In this document: one piece after another, positions 26,122 through 35,247 of the stretch | Layout of the letters: each line of letters opens with the position of its first letter | Numbering within the stretch: position 1 is the stretch's first letter | Notes under the pieces: model-generated | Databases searched by the model: none | The model's input: only the letters and a program-made list of their open reading frames with translations | What the model was told of the DNA's origin: nothing | Program-made: the position numbers and the translations under genes | Origin: Minisyncoccia bacterium | GTDB taxonomy: Bacteria > Patescibacteriota > Minisyncoccia > UBA6257 > GWB1-50-10 | DNA length: 64,000 bases | Direction of reading: 5' to 3' | Assembly (NCBI GenBank): GCA_049997815.1 | Contig: JBEKVQ010000002.1 | Coordinates: 10,483-74,482 of the forward strand

Positions 26122-27855
26122 TTAGACCTCGATTATAACCGGTAGTATCATCGGCCTCCGTTTCGTCTTCGTAAAGAGATACTGGCCGATTTGGTCGCGG
26201 ATGAGGGCCTTCAGATAGTCCGCGTCAACCTCCTGCCCGTGAGGTAATCGGCCGACGATACCGCGCACCTTGCGCCGAATCTCGTCCAACATGGTCTGGT
26301 TTTCCTTCAGGTATATGAAGCCGCGGGAAATGATGTCGGGATTTTTCAAGACCCGGCCGGTCTTCCGTTCCAGTGTCGTGATGATGACGAACATTCCTTC
26401 CTCGGCGAGCATCAGCCGGTCGCGGAGAACCACTTCGCCCACGTCGCCTACACCTAAGCCATCCACCATGACGTAGTTGGCCGGCACTTCCTCATTCGTG
26501 ACTCTAACGGAATCCTTGGCGATCTCGACAACTTGGCCGTTGTCCACCATTACCGTTTCCTCCGGTTTCAGCCCCAGCACCTCCTGGGCATGCTTGGCAT
26601 TCCTCATTCTCATGAAGTAGTAGCCGTGAATAGGCAGGAAGAATCTAGGATGAACCAGCTTCATTACGGCTTTCAGTTCTTCCATCGGCGCGTGGCCGGA
26701 GGAATGGATGTCGAGCATGGTGAAGTGGTAGATGGTCGGTCCCTGACGCGCCAGATTATCCTTCAAAACTTGAACGCTGTGTTCGTTCCCGGGGACTATC
26801 GAGGAAGAAAGAATGAGCGTATCCGAGGGTTTCAATCTGATGTAGCGGTGTTCCTTGTTCGCAATGCGCATCATGGTCGCGTTGGATTCTCCCTGGGCGC
26901 CGGTGCAGATCAGGAGCAATTTCTCGTCCCGATGTTTATTGATTTCCTCGAGCGGGATAATCGTTCCTTTCTGTATCTTCATATAGCCGAGATTCTGGGC
27001 GATTTGGATGTTACTCTTCATGGAGTAGCCGCTTAAGGCCACCTTCCGGCCCAGTTTCTCGGCGATCTTTATTATCTCGGCCAGCCGGTCGAGAAGTGAA
27101 GCGAACGTCGCTATCAAAATCCTTCCCTGCGCTGCCTTAAAGAGTTTTTCCAGCTCCCTTTCGACGACCCTCTCGGAGAGGGACCAGCCGGGTTTTTCGG
27201 CTCCGGTAGAGTCAAGCATCAGGGTGTGAATACCCTGATCGCCGACCCACTTCCATTGGTCCAGGCCGCGCGGCTTACCCTCATTGTCGTAGTCGAATTT
27301 GAACTCGCCGGGGTGAACAATCTTCCCAATCGGCGTGTGGAGAATTATTCCGACACCTTCGGGGATGTTGTGAACGACGTCAAAGAATTCGGCTTTGAAA
27401 TACTGGCCGAACGGATGGGTCTCCCCGCCTTTGACTATCACGAAGTTCGGTTTGGGCGAATTCGGAAAATCGTCCTGGCGCTTCATGATAATTTCTTTCG
27501 ATATCTCGGTCGTGTAGATGACCGGGTTGCCAAGTTTGTCCAAAATGTATGGTATGGCACCGATGTGGTCGTAGTGGCCGTGGGTGACAATGAGGCCCTT
27601 AATATTTTTCCTTCTTTCCTCAAGATAGGTGACGTTCGGGATGATGTAATCTATGCCCGGCGTCGCCGCTTCGGGGAATTGAAGGCCGGCATCGATGATG
27701 AGGATTTCGTCTTTGTACTCGAAGAACATCATGTTGCGGCCGATTTCCTCGAGACCTCCGAGTGCAGCAAAGCGGACGGAATCCGCCTTTGGACCCCTTT
27801 CTTTTTCTTCGGGCTTTCTGTAAGCCCTGACTTTTGTTGTTGGTTTTTGAACCAT
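26122..27855 (-). CDS. rnj: ribonuclease J (metallo-beta-lactamase / beta-CASP)
   Basis: HGHYDHIGA motif with beta-CASP region; typical RNase J length and N-terminus. Confidence 0.85.
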   Translation of the reverse strand: MVQKPTTKVRAYRKPEEKERGPKADSVRFAALGGLEEIGRNMMFFEYKDEILIIDAGLQFPEAATPGIDYIIPNVTYLEERRKNIKGLIVTHGHYDHIGAIPYILDKLGNPVIYTTEISKEIIMKRQDDFPNSPKPNFVIVKGGETHPFGQYFKAEFFDVVHNIPEGVGIILHTPIGKIVHPGEFKFDYDNEGKPRGLDQWKWVGDQGIHTLMLDSTGAEKPGWSLSERVVERELEKLFKAAQGRILIATFASLLDRLAEIIKIAEKLGRKVALSGYSMKSNIQIAQNLGYMKIQKGTIIPLEEINKHRDEKLLLICTGAQGESNATMMRIANKEHRYIRLKPSDTLILSSSIVPGNEHSVQVLKDNLARQGPTIYHFTMLDIHSSGHAPMEELKAVMKLVHPRFFLPIHGYYFMRMRNAKHAQEVLGLKPEETVMVDNGQVVEIAKDSVRVTNEEVPANYVMVDGLGVGDVGEVVLRDRLMLAEEGMFVIITTLERKTGRVLKNPDIISRGFIYLKENQTMLDEIRRKVRGIVGRLPHGQEVDADYLKALIRDQIGQYLFTKTKRRPMILPVIIEV

Positions 27856-27944
27856 TTGTTATTTAATTTTCTTATTATTTATTTTTCGACTTTACTAACC
27901 AAACCATGGGAGATTTCTCTCCATTTTTATTAATTTATTCCCTG

Positions 27945-28028
27945 TGGGCAGGGGGGGACTTGAACCCCCATAGGATTGCTCCCGCAGGCTCCTGAAGCCT
28001 GTGCGTCTGCCAATTTCGCCACCTGCCC
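27945..28028 (-). tRNA. tRNA-Leu (anticodon CAG), long variable arm, CCA not encoded
   Basis: Hand fold of 84 nt: acceptor GGGCAGG/CCUGCCC; D-arm UGGCGAAAUUGGCAGACGC; anticodon stem CAGGC/GCCUG with loop UUCAGGA; 15-nt variable arm; T-arm GGGGG-UUCAAGU-CCCCC. Confidence 0.8.
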
Positions 28029-28117
28029 CCACACCAATCGACGATCAGATCCGTCTGTAAAAATATTCAATCTTTTCGGAGACTTATAATCTTCAATTGG
28101 TGCGGAGGCCCGTCCGG

Positions 28118-29086
28118 CTAAACGGATCGATTTTTTAATTCATCGATGATGCGGGTTTCTCTGGGGTCAACTTTGTTTATCTTTGCGAGACTAAGGGCTA
28201 CCCAGTGCGAAAGAGCGACGCTGTTCCAGGTCTTTTCCGATTCTCTCTTCCCGGCCAGCAGGACATCAACGCTTTTTATATTCCTCCTTGAGAGAATATT
28301 TTCCAAAAGCATCATTCTTCGGTCCTTAACAAGCCGTTTATCCATGAGCCAGAAGATTATCCAGCGACCATTCGCTTTCTCAAAGCCGGCGATTTCGTTG
28401 TGGTTCAGTTCCGGGAAAATGCTTGAAAAAGCGGGAACCTTCGCCGTTTCGTTGAAATTGGTTTTCCAAATGTAGCCCAAATGGGAGAATCGGGAATCGG
28501 TATAAACCAAAATATTCCGGTTCTTCGCCGCTTCGGCCAGTTTTTTGCCAAGACCCTTCATTCGGTTCGGCTCGATTAATTTCTTGGAGGAGGGAATTTG
28601 AAGGGGGAAAACCAGCTTGAGAATCTTGAGAAGTCCGTAGACCATTGTACCCGAGTACTCCCTCGGTGTCAAGTCCTGATGGTCGAAGGTGACCATGGGT
28701 AGGCGTTTTTTCCGCGCCAGAGCCAAGAGTTTTCCGCCGGACGTTACGACTGCGATGCCCACCCGGTTCTTTCTTTTCAGGACCGACTTCAAAATTGCGA
28801 TGGTTTCCTCAGTGTTACCGGAGAAGGAGACGGCGATGAAGAAAGGTTTCTTGAAATAGAGGGGCGGTAACGTCCCATCCCTTACGGCAACGACTGGTAC
28901 CGGGAGCCCGATTTCAACCTCGAGTTTTTTGAGGATGATACCGGGGACGCCCGAGCCGCCCATGCCGAAAACGACTATGCCGTCTGGCTTGATACCGGCC
29001 AATTTTTCCAGGTTTTCGGACGAGAGAAGGCCGTTAAGCGAGAGCTGTCGCCCGAATTCCGATAGGTTTTTTTCGTATGAGATCAT
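28118..29086 (-). CDS. bifunctional phosphoglucose/phosphomannose isomerase (SIS domain)
   Basis: SIS-type VVFGMGGSGV motif; length and C-terminal region consistent with the archaeal-type PGI/PMI. Confidence 0.65.
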   Translation of the reverse strand: MISYEKNLSEFGRQLSLNGLLSSENLEKLAGIKPDGIVVFGMGGSGVPGIILKKLEVEIGLPVPVVAVRDGTLPPLYFKKPFFIAVSFSGNTEETIAILKSVLKRKNRVGIAVVTSGGKLLALARKKRLPMVTFDHQDLTPREYSGTMVYGLLKILKLVFPLQIPSSKKLIEPNRMKGLGKKLAEAAKNRNILVYTDSRFSHLGYIWKTNFNETAKVPAFSSIFPELNHNEIAGFEKANGRWIIFWLMDKRLVKDRRMMLLENILSRRNIKSVDVLLAGKRESEKTWNSVALSHWVALSLAKINKVDPRETRIIDELKNRSV

Positions 29087-29089
29087 GCG

Positions 29090-30703
29090 TTATTTAACGA
29101 CCAATACCTGGGCCACGTACCAACTGCTTACATTCTCGAATCTTTCGGCCGGGCTGGTCAGGAAGTTCTCGTTAAACCCCCCCAGGTCTTTCGTGTGAAT
29201 GTAGGTATAGGGCAGGGAAAAGAGAAAGACGGCTGGCTGATCGTTCAATATCATTGATTGAGCTTGCGTAAGGAGGTTGCTTTGCTTTGAGGAATCGCTG
29301 GTTTGCCGGACGGTTTCGATGAGATTGTCCACCTTCAGGTTTTGGTATAGGGCCAAATTGGAACCCGGATAGAGTTTTTGGGACGAGTGCCAGAATGGAA
29401 AGATGTCCACTGGATTTTCCAGAATGTTCCCGAAAAGTAGCATCTCGTAGTTCCGGGACTTTATCGTCGCATCCGTCGGGTCGCTCGGGTTGAAGGTTAC
29501 GATGTTCACCTGGTCCACGCCGACGTTCTGCCAACTGTCTTTGAGGATCCCGGCGATGTTCTTCAGGAAATCCACATCCGGAACGGAAAGTGAGATGATT
29601 ATCTGCTCGTTCTTGTTCTTGGTCTTGAATGTGTTTATGGATTGTTTGGCGGATTCCTGGTCGAAGCTGGAGTTGTCTCCGGCGATGGAACTGGTTGACG
29701 TAAGTCCGGGAGCGTTAATTTCCATTCCGTTCCCCCCAAGAACCTCTTTAATGAGCTGGTCCTTGTCCACGGCGGAAATCAGGGCATTCCGGACATTCTG
29801 GTCCTTAAGGAGAGGATTGCTGTTTTGGTTGAAAAAGACGGCGTAGTAGTCCGAAAGCGGGATTTTCTGAGCGGCCAGTCCCTTGAACTGGGTGGAGTCG
29901 AAATCAATCGGCGTTGCGCTCCCGAATCCGTTTATCTCGTGAAGTTTCAGTGCCTGGTAGACGTCATCGAGATTTTGAAAGAAGTTGAAGTAGAAGTCCT
30001 TTATGTAGGGTTTCTCGCCCACGTAATTTTCGTTGGGGACGAAGTGATACTGGGAGATAAAACCGTCCTTGCGTTTCGTGAAATCCTTGAATTTGTAGGG
30101 TCCGCTTCCGACCGGTTCCAAGTTGTAATCGGAGAGCCGGAAGTTCTCGGTCGGAATGTTCCCAAAAATGTGCTTGGGGATTATCGGAAGGCGCTCGACA
30201 TTATTTATGAAGAAGACGTAGGACAGGGGAAGGGTAAGTTTTATCTGCAATTCGCTCCCTCTTTCCGCCGCTACACCCTGCCAGCTCTTCAGGAGTGGAG
30301 AGCGGACATCCGGATTTTGGATGGTCTTTATGGTGAAGATAACGTCGTCCGACGTGAGCGGTTGGCCATCGTCCCATTTGAGATTCTCCTTGAGTTTCAG
30401 GCTGTAAGAACGGCCGTCGGGGCTCACTTCGTAGGCCGCAAGGAGATCAGAGAGCCGGCCGAAAACCATCTCGGATATCTCCTGGTCCACCGAGTTGCCG
30501 GACGTGACCGGATTTATCGCGATTGGCTGGCCGAGAAATCCTTCGCGGAACGAACCGCCCGTAATCGGCACGAAGACGCCGTCCTCCTCTATGGCGAATG
30601 CGGCGCTCGACGTAGCTGAGAGTATCAAAATCGCCAGGGCAGCGAAGAACCACTTTCTTTCGCTCGGAGAAAAGACAGAGAATATTTTTTTAAGCAGGTT
30701 CAT
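29090..30703 (-). CDS. ABC transporter substrate-binding protein, family 5 (peptide/nickel type)
   Basis: Signal peptide followed by an SBP_bac_5-like N-terminal region (AINPVTSGNSVDQEISEMVFGRL...). Confidence 0.7.
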   Translation of the reverse strand: MNLLKKIFSVFSPSERKWFFAALAILILSATSSAAFAIEEDGVFVPITGGSFREGFLGQPIAINPVTSGNSVDQEISEMVFGRLSDLLAAYEVSPDGRSYSLKLKENLKWDDGQPLTSDDVIFTIKTIQNPDVRSPLLKSWQGVAAERGSELQIKLTLPLSYVFFINNVERLPIIPKHIFGNIPTENFRLSDYNLEPVGSGPYKFKDFTKRKDGFISQYHFVPNENYVGEKPYIKDFYFNFFQNLDDVYQALKLHEINGFGSATPIDFDSTQFKGLAAQKIPLSDYYAVFFNQNSNPLLKDQNVRNALISAVDKDQLIKEVLGGNGMEINAPGLTSTSSIAGDNSSFDQESAKQSINTFKTKNKNEQIIISLSVPDVDFLKNIAGILKDSWQNVGVDQVNIVTFNPSDPTDATIKSRNYEMLLFGNILENPVDIFPFWHSSQKLYPGSNLALYQNLKVDNLIETVRQTSDSSKQSNLLTQAQSMILNDQPAVFLFSLPYTYIHTKDLGGFNENFLTSPAERFENVSSWYVAQVLVVK

Positions 30704-30759
30704 AAACGGTTCGAGGATCCGCCCATTGGAACGAACGAGATTGCGTTTGCGGCCGGTGC

Positions 30760-30969
30760 CTACTGGATGAGGTTCAGTATCGCGAGGACCACAAAGATAA
30801 TTGCGGCTCCGATGGTTCCCCAGTAAACGAATTTCTCAATTCCCCTTCTGGTCTGATAAGGTGTCGCCCCCTGGCCGCCAAAAACCCCCGAAAGACCGCT
30901 CGAACGTTCCTGAATAAGAATAAGGCCGATCAAAATCATTGATATTACTATTTGTCCCCAGATCAACAT
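30760..30969 (-). CDS. secG: preprotein translocase subunit SecG
   Basis: 69 aa with two TM helices and a central LIQERSSGLSGVFGG loop typical of SecG. Confidence 0.7.
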   Translation of the reverse strand: MLIWGQIVISMILIGLILIQERSSGLSGVFGGQGATPYQTRRGIEKFVYWGTIGAAIIFVVLAILNLIQ

Positions 30970-30981
30970 TGTTCTTATTTC

Positions 30982-31362
30982 TTACTTATATCCCATTTTC
31001 GCCGAGAGGCCGAAAACCAGATTCACGGCACTGATTATAATGGTAGCCAGAAGCAAAGGCAAATATCCCGCTATCGTTATCGGTGAACCCGTTCCGAAGA
31101 AAGCCAGAAGATAGGGGACGAGGAAGAGGCAGACGGCGTTTATGAGGATGGTGATCAGGCCGAAGGTCAGGACTAGAAGCGGCCCCAGGAGCAGTTTTAC
31201 GACCGGCCTGATGAACGTGTTGATGATGGTGAGCGCCAAGGCGGCGATGGCGAGCGCCAGGATGTCGCCGCTGAACGAAAAGCCCGCCACCAAATTGGCC
31301 GCTATGACTATGGCGACGGCGTTAGAAAATACATGGAAGATGAAGCGCCCGATGAACTTCAT
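30982..31362 (-). CDS. 4-TM membrane protein of the holin-superfamily-IV / YvlD-like family
   Basis: 126 aa with four hydrophobic helices. N-terminal F..HV.SNA..I..A pattern resembles DUF360/Phage_holin_4_2. Confidence 0.45.
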   Translation of the reverse strand: MKFIGRFIFHVFSNAVAIVIAANLVAGFSFSGDILALAIAALALTIINTFIRPVVKLLLGPLLVLTFGLITILINAVCLFLVPYLLAFFGTGSPITIAGYLPLLLATIIISAVNLVFGLSAKMGYK

Positions 31363-31377
31363 GTTCTTAATTATAGT

Positions 31378-31971
31378 TTATTTCGCCTGGTCGAAGGCCG
31401 TCATCTTGTCCTGAAAATTCTTGTTGAGGGTATTTATAAAGTCGGCCTTCTGATTCACGCTCTTTAAGGAATCCTCGGCCATTTTCCGGCTCACCGGGTT
31501 CTGGTCTATAACGGCGTTCGAGAGATTATTGAGGAAATCGTTCAGGGTGCCGGTGTAGGAGATGAACTCGCTTACGAGAGAAAGCTCCAATGCCACGGCT
31601 TCGTAGCCGAGTTGTTGGCGAGGCTGTTGAACGGTGTTCAGCGACTCGGCCATTTGCTGAAGCGTATGGGAAAGATCGAAGGCCTTCTGGTATGCGGTCG
31701 CGTTCGTGGCCTTGGCCCCGTTGATAAGGTTCAGAAGTTCGTTCACGTTGCCGCCATTTTGTATCAGGTTGGCTTGGGAAATTTTTTGGCCCGTCTCGCC
31801 TGTTAGTGTAACAATATCCTCACTCACCGCGGCGGCTTTCTGCCGGGCGGCCGTGAAATCGGCCGGAACCGCATTGGTCTGCATCGAACTGAAGAAATAA
31901 ATAAAGAGGCCGATGATTACCAAGAGCGGTACCAGTATCAAGGCCAGTCTTTCCAGTGTTGTTTTATCCAT
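31378..31971 (-). CDS. hypothetical membrane-anchored protein
   Basis: N-terminal TM helix followed by a Gln/Asn-rich helical domain. Confidence 0.4.
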   Translation of the reverse strand: MDKTTLERLALILVPLLVIIGLFIYFFSSMQTNAVPADFTAARQKAAAVSEDIVTLTGETGQKISQANLIQNGGNVNELLNLINGAKATNATAYQKAFDLSHTLQQMAESLNTVQQPRQQLGYEAVALELSLVSEFISYTGTLNDFLNNLSNAVIDQNPVSRKMAEDSLKSVNQKADFINTLNKNFQDKMTAFDQAK

Positions 31972-32090
31972 ATATGCTTATCGTAGAATAATAACATACG
32001 GTTTTGTTCTTATCCAAATGCGCACTTGGAACATCGCTTTTTTTGTGTAATTATATTCTGGTAGAAACAGGGAGGTTCACAAGGTAATCT

Positions 32091-32161
32091 GCGGGATTAG
32101 TTTAATGGTAGAACGTCAGTTTTCCAAACTGAGAGCAGGAGTTCGATTCTCCTATCCCGCA
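32091..32161 (+). tRNA. tRNA-Gly (anticodon UCC)
   Basis: Acceptor GCGGGAU/AUCCCGC; D-arm GUUU-AAUGGUA-GAAC; anticodon stem UCAGU/ACUGA with loop UUUCCAA; T-arm AGGAG-UUCGAUU-CUCCU; discriminator A. Confidence 0.85.
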
Positions 32162-32168
32162 CAATGAT

Positions 32169-32729
32169 ATGGTAACTAATGACTTCGAAAGGAAAATCAT
32201 AGAAGTTGCGAAGCCGTATTTTGAATTTTGTCGCAGTGGAGACTGGAAGCATGCGGAAAGAGTAGTGAACTGGGTTAAGGAGTTAGGAGAAGGCAGGAAA
32301 GATTTGGATGTTATTATAACTGCCGCTTATCTGCACGATGTCGGTTGGTATAAGGTTTTACCGAAAGGGAAAATAGATCTGGATGAAATGCTGAGGCACG
32401 AAATCGAGGCCAATCGAAATTCTTCCAGATATGTGCAGGAGGTGCTGGACAGGCTTGATTATTCCGAATCCGACGTTAAGAAGGTTCTGCGTTTAGTGGG
32501 AGCTGCCGATGATCACGAAGCCAGTCTCGAAGACGAAGAAATAATTGTTGATGCCGACAATTTAAGCAAGTTGTGTGTTGAGCATCTTCGGGAGAAGTAT
32601 CAGAAAGAAAGTTACAAAAAACTGATAAAACTCTGGGAAGATGAATTAGCCGATCAGATTAGGACGCCAAGAGGAAGGGCAATCTATCCCGGATTATTGG
32701 CAGATCTCAAGAGAACTGTCCTGGGGTGA
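32169..32729 (+). CDS. HD-domain phosphohydrolase
   Basis: H...HD motif (HAERVVNW...YLHDVGW). Confidence 0.65.
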   Translation: MVTNDFERKIIEVAKPYFEFCRSGDWKHAERVVNWVKELGEGRKDLDVIITAAYLHDVGWYKVLPKGKIDLDEMLRHEIEANRNSSRYVQEVLDRLDYSESDVKKVLRLVGAADDHEASLEDEEIIVDADNLSKLCVEHLREKYQKESYKKLIKLWEDELADQIRTPRGRAIYPGLLADLKRTVLG

Positions 32730-32879
32730 TTTTTATCAAGAATTATTGGCCCATCCTTGAAAAGGGCGGTTTTTCTGCTATCATAGCGTTTACGGAGGGC
32801 ATTCTCATGTAACGTTACACCCCGTTACACTTGGTCAAAAAAAACATAGAAACAAATCACTAAAACCATCGTTCTACAT

Positions 32880-33452
32880 ATGGAAGACGAAAGGAAGCTC
32901 ATTTCTAAGGCAAGAGAAGGCGAGGAAGAAGCCTTTGGCCAGCTTTACGACAAGTATATGCCGGCCATTTACCGTTTCGTCTTTTTGAAGGTGGGTGGGC
33001 ATAAGGCCCAAGCCGAAGATATCTGCCATGAGGTTTTCCTCTCCGCTTGGCAGAATGTCGGAAATTTCAAATTTCAGGGACATCCCTTTTCGAGCTGGCT
33101 TTACCGGATAGCGGGAAACGCGGTCATCGATTACTACCGCACCCGGAAGGTGAACGTGGACATCGAAAATATTCCCGAGGAGCCGGTGGTCGAAACGACG
33201 TCGCTTGCCGAACGGATGGACGACCGGCTGGATTTGGAAAATATTCACGAGTGCCTGAAGAGGCTTGAACCGAACTATCAGGACGTTCTGATAATGAAGT
33301 TCGTGGAAGAGCTTTCGAACAAAGAGATCGCGGTGGCGCTCCAAAAAAGCGAGGGTGCCGTGAGAGTCATCCAGCACCGGGCGATAAAACAGTTAAAGAA
33401 ATACGTAGAAGAAAATGGAAGACCGGATAATCACACAATTAAAGAAGCTTAG
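32880..33452 (+). CDS. RNA polymerase ECF-type sigma factor
   Basis: Region 2 (FGQLYDKYMPAIYRFV...DICHEVFLSAW) and region 4 HTH (LSNKEIAVALQKSEGAVRVIQHRAIKQLK). Confidence 0.85.
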   Translation: MEDERKLISKAREGEEEAFGQLYDKYMPAIYRFVFLKVGGHKAQAEDICHEVFLSAWQNVGNFKFQGHPFSSWLYRIAGNAVIDYYRTRKVNVDIENIPEEPVVETTSLAERMDDRLDLENIHECLKRLEPNYQDVLIMKFVEELSNKEIAVALQKSEGAVRVIQHRAIKQLKKYVEENGRPDNHTIKEA

Positions 33453-33870
33453 AACGATCGAGCCGAGCCCGAATTTTGCGGCCTCGAGTCGGCGGACCAT
33501 TTTAGCCCTAAAGAAGGAGCCGGCTTTCGCTTGGTATCGTCTAAGATTAGCCGGAGTAATGGCGGGTCTCTTGGCGATTGTTGCCGCTGGAACGTTCCTG
33601 TTTTCGGGCAATAATGCTCCTACGGCATTCGCCAGTCCGGAGGTTTTGAACCAAGAGTTCGCCAATATGAAAATCAACATAGAACTCAACGATATAGACT
33701 ACAGTCAGAACGTGAGTCAAACCATTACCTCGGCGATTTCGGAAATTTCCAATAACAAAGGCAATCATTTGAACCAGGGCATTTTGCAGTCCGAGAACAA
33801 TGATATGAGCTTGGACGTAACGAACAGCAGTTCGGAGATTGACCAGCTTTTGGATAAAGTCATTCAGTAA
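33415..33870 (+). CDS. putative anti-sigma factor (single-pass membrane protein)
   Basis: Overlaps the 3' end of the sigma factor gene by 38 nt. Has a central TM helix. Functional pairing is inferred from gene context only. Confidence 0.45.
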   Translation: MEDRIITQLKKLRTIEPSPNFAASSRRTILALKKEPAFAWYRLRLAGVMAGLLAIVAAGTFLFSGNNAPTAFASPEVLNQEFANMKINIELNDIDYSQNVSQTITSAISEISNNKGNHLNQGILQSENNDMSLDVTNSSSEIDQLLDKVIQ

Positions 33871-33873
33871 AAA

Positions 33874-34782
33874 ATGAAGAAATTTTTAATCTCGTCGTTC
33901 ACAGTCTTTTTCGGCCTCTCGCTTTTTTTTGCGAGGCCGGTTTTCGCCGATAACGGTACCTCAACGGTTCAGAAGGCGCTTCAAAACGCTAAACAGTTTT
34001 TGGATGATCTGGTTACGGCCAAGGATGAAAATTCCGGAGATGATGTCGGGCTAAGGATCCAAACCTTCAGCCAGGTACTGAATCTTTCGGAGGCCGAAGC
34101 CAAAGATTTCGAGTTTAAACTTTTGGCGGCGGATAAGGACGCGAAACTGGATGCCTGGAAGAAATTGACCCTCAATGAATTTGACGGAGCGATAACCTTC
34201 TTCGATTCGCAAAAGGATTTGGTTAGCAACGCCAAGACCATTAATCTGGCTAAGATAAAGCAAGTCGCCCAAGATTTTAAATCGTGGCGCGCCGCGAATT
34301 ATCTGCCACTCGTAAGCCAGGCCCAGAGCTTCCTCCTCATAAAACAAGAAGCCAAGGCGATAGAGACCGCCCAAACAAGGCTTGAAAAGATAACGGGAGA
34401 TTTGGAGAATCTGAACCAGACCAGAATCAGTGGATCCGGCGATATAAACAATTCATTGATGAGATCCCGGCAAAACATTTCGGATGCAGTCGATTTGAAT
34501 AATCAGGCCTACGATCTTTTCAGCCAAAATTATGGCGTGGAGAATGCGCCCATGGTCTCCTCAACCGATCTCGTCGCTACGTCCTCCGATTCGACCGATG
34601 CAACAAGCACTGACGGTGCGGCATATTCAACTTTCACCGCATCTTCTTCCTTGACGGCTGATGCCGTTCCCAATCCCATCGTATCAATTAAGGATTTGGT
34701 AGGATCCTCCTTAAGTAAAATTAAGGACGCCTATCAAAACTTTATTGATATAAGCAACTTAGTGAGGAAGTTGCTTGGTTGA
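33874..34782 (+). CDS. secreted hypothetical protein (signal peptide; helical; Ser/Thr-rich tail)
   Basis: MKKFLISSFTVFFGLSLFFARPVFA signal peptide. Follows the sigma/anti-sigma pair. Confidence 0.4.
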   Translation: MKKFLISSFTVFFGLSLFFARPVFADNGTSTVQKALQNAKQFLDDLVTAKDENSGDDVGLRIQTFSQVLNLSEAEAKDFEFKLLAADKDAKLDAWKKLTLNEFDGAITFFDSQKDLVSNAKTINLAKIKQVAQDFKSWRAANYLPLVSQAQSFLLIKQEAKAIETAQTRLEKITGDLENLNQTRISGSGDINNSLMRSRQNISDAVDLNNQAYDLFSQNYGVENAPMVSSTDLVATSSDSTDATSTDGAAYSTFTASSSLTADAVPNPIVSIKDLVGSSLSKIKDAYQNFIDISNLVRKLLG

Positions 34783-34803
34783 TTCCGCCTAACGGCGGGA
34801 ATC

Positions 34804-34832
34804 AAAAAACTCCCCGAGAAGGGGAGTTTTTT
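34804..34832. terminator. bidirectional rho-independent terminator (AAAAAA-CUCCCC-gagaa-GGGGAG-UUUUUU)
   Basis: Perfect 6-bp GC stem flanked by an A-run and a U-run, between convergent genes 33874-34782 (+) and hup (-). Confidence 0.65.
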
Positions 34833-34844
34833 GCTGTTACGAAG

Positions 34845-35120
34845 TTATTTTACCGCTTCTTTCAAGAGCTTGCCGGCGCGGAATTTCGGTTTGGTTGCAG
34901 CTGCGATTTGGATCTTTTCGCCGGTCTTCGGGTTCACGCCCATTCGGGCTGCCCGCTTTGCCACCCGGAAGGTGCCGAAACCGGTAATGGCGACTTCTTC
35001 GCCGTGGGATAACGTCTTCACGATCGTATCGAAGAGCGCATCAACCGCCTGCTCAGACTGCTTTTTGGTGTCGATTCCCGCTGATTTCATTACCGCCTCT
35101 ACGAGGTCTGATTTCTTCAT
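34845..35120 (-). CDS. hup: DNA-binding protein HU
   Basis: MKKSDLVEAV...GFGTFRV..R.AR.GVNPKTGEKI.I.A...P.F..GK is a canonical HU/IHF fold sequence. Confidence 0.9.
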   Translation of the reverse strand: MKKSDLVEAVMKSAGIDTKKQSEQAVDALFDTIVKTLSHGEEVAITGFGTFRVAKRAARMGVNPKTGEKIQIAAATKPKFRAGKLLKEAVK

Positions 35121-35247
35121 TGTTATTTTAGGACATCCTAATTTCTCCGACCTTTTTTGATTGGCTTTATTATAGCAGATTTAATGTGATTTTAAGAGGG
35201 TTTTCCGCATTTCCCGCCTGCCTGTTAGTAGACAGGGTAGCCGGAGA

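Noticed and set aside
26533-27933. 167-aa and 235-aa plus-strand ORFs inside rnj
   Set aside because: They are antisense to the RNase J gene, with no motifs.
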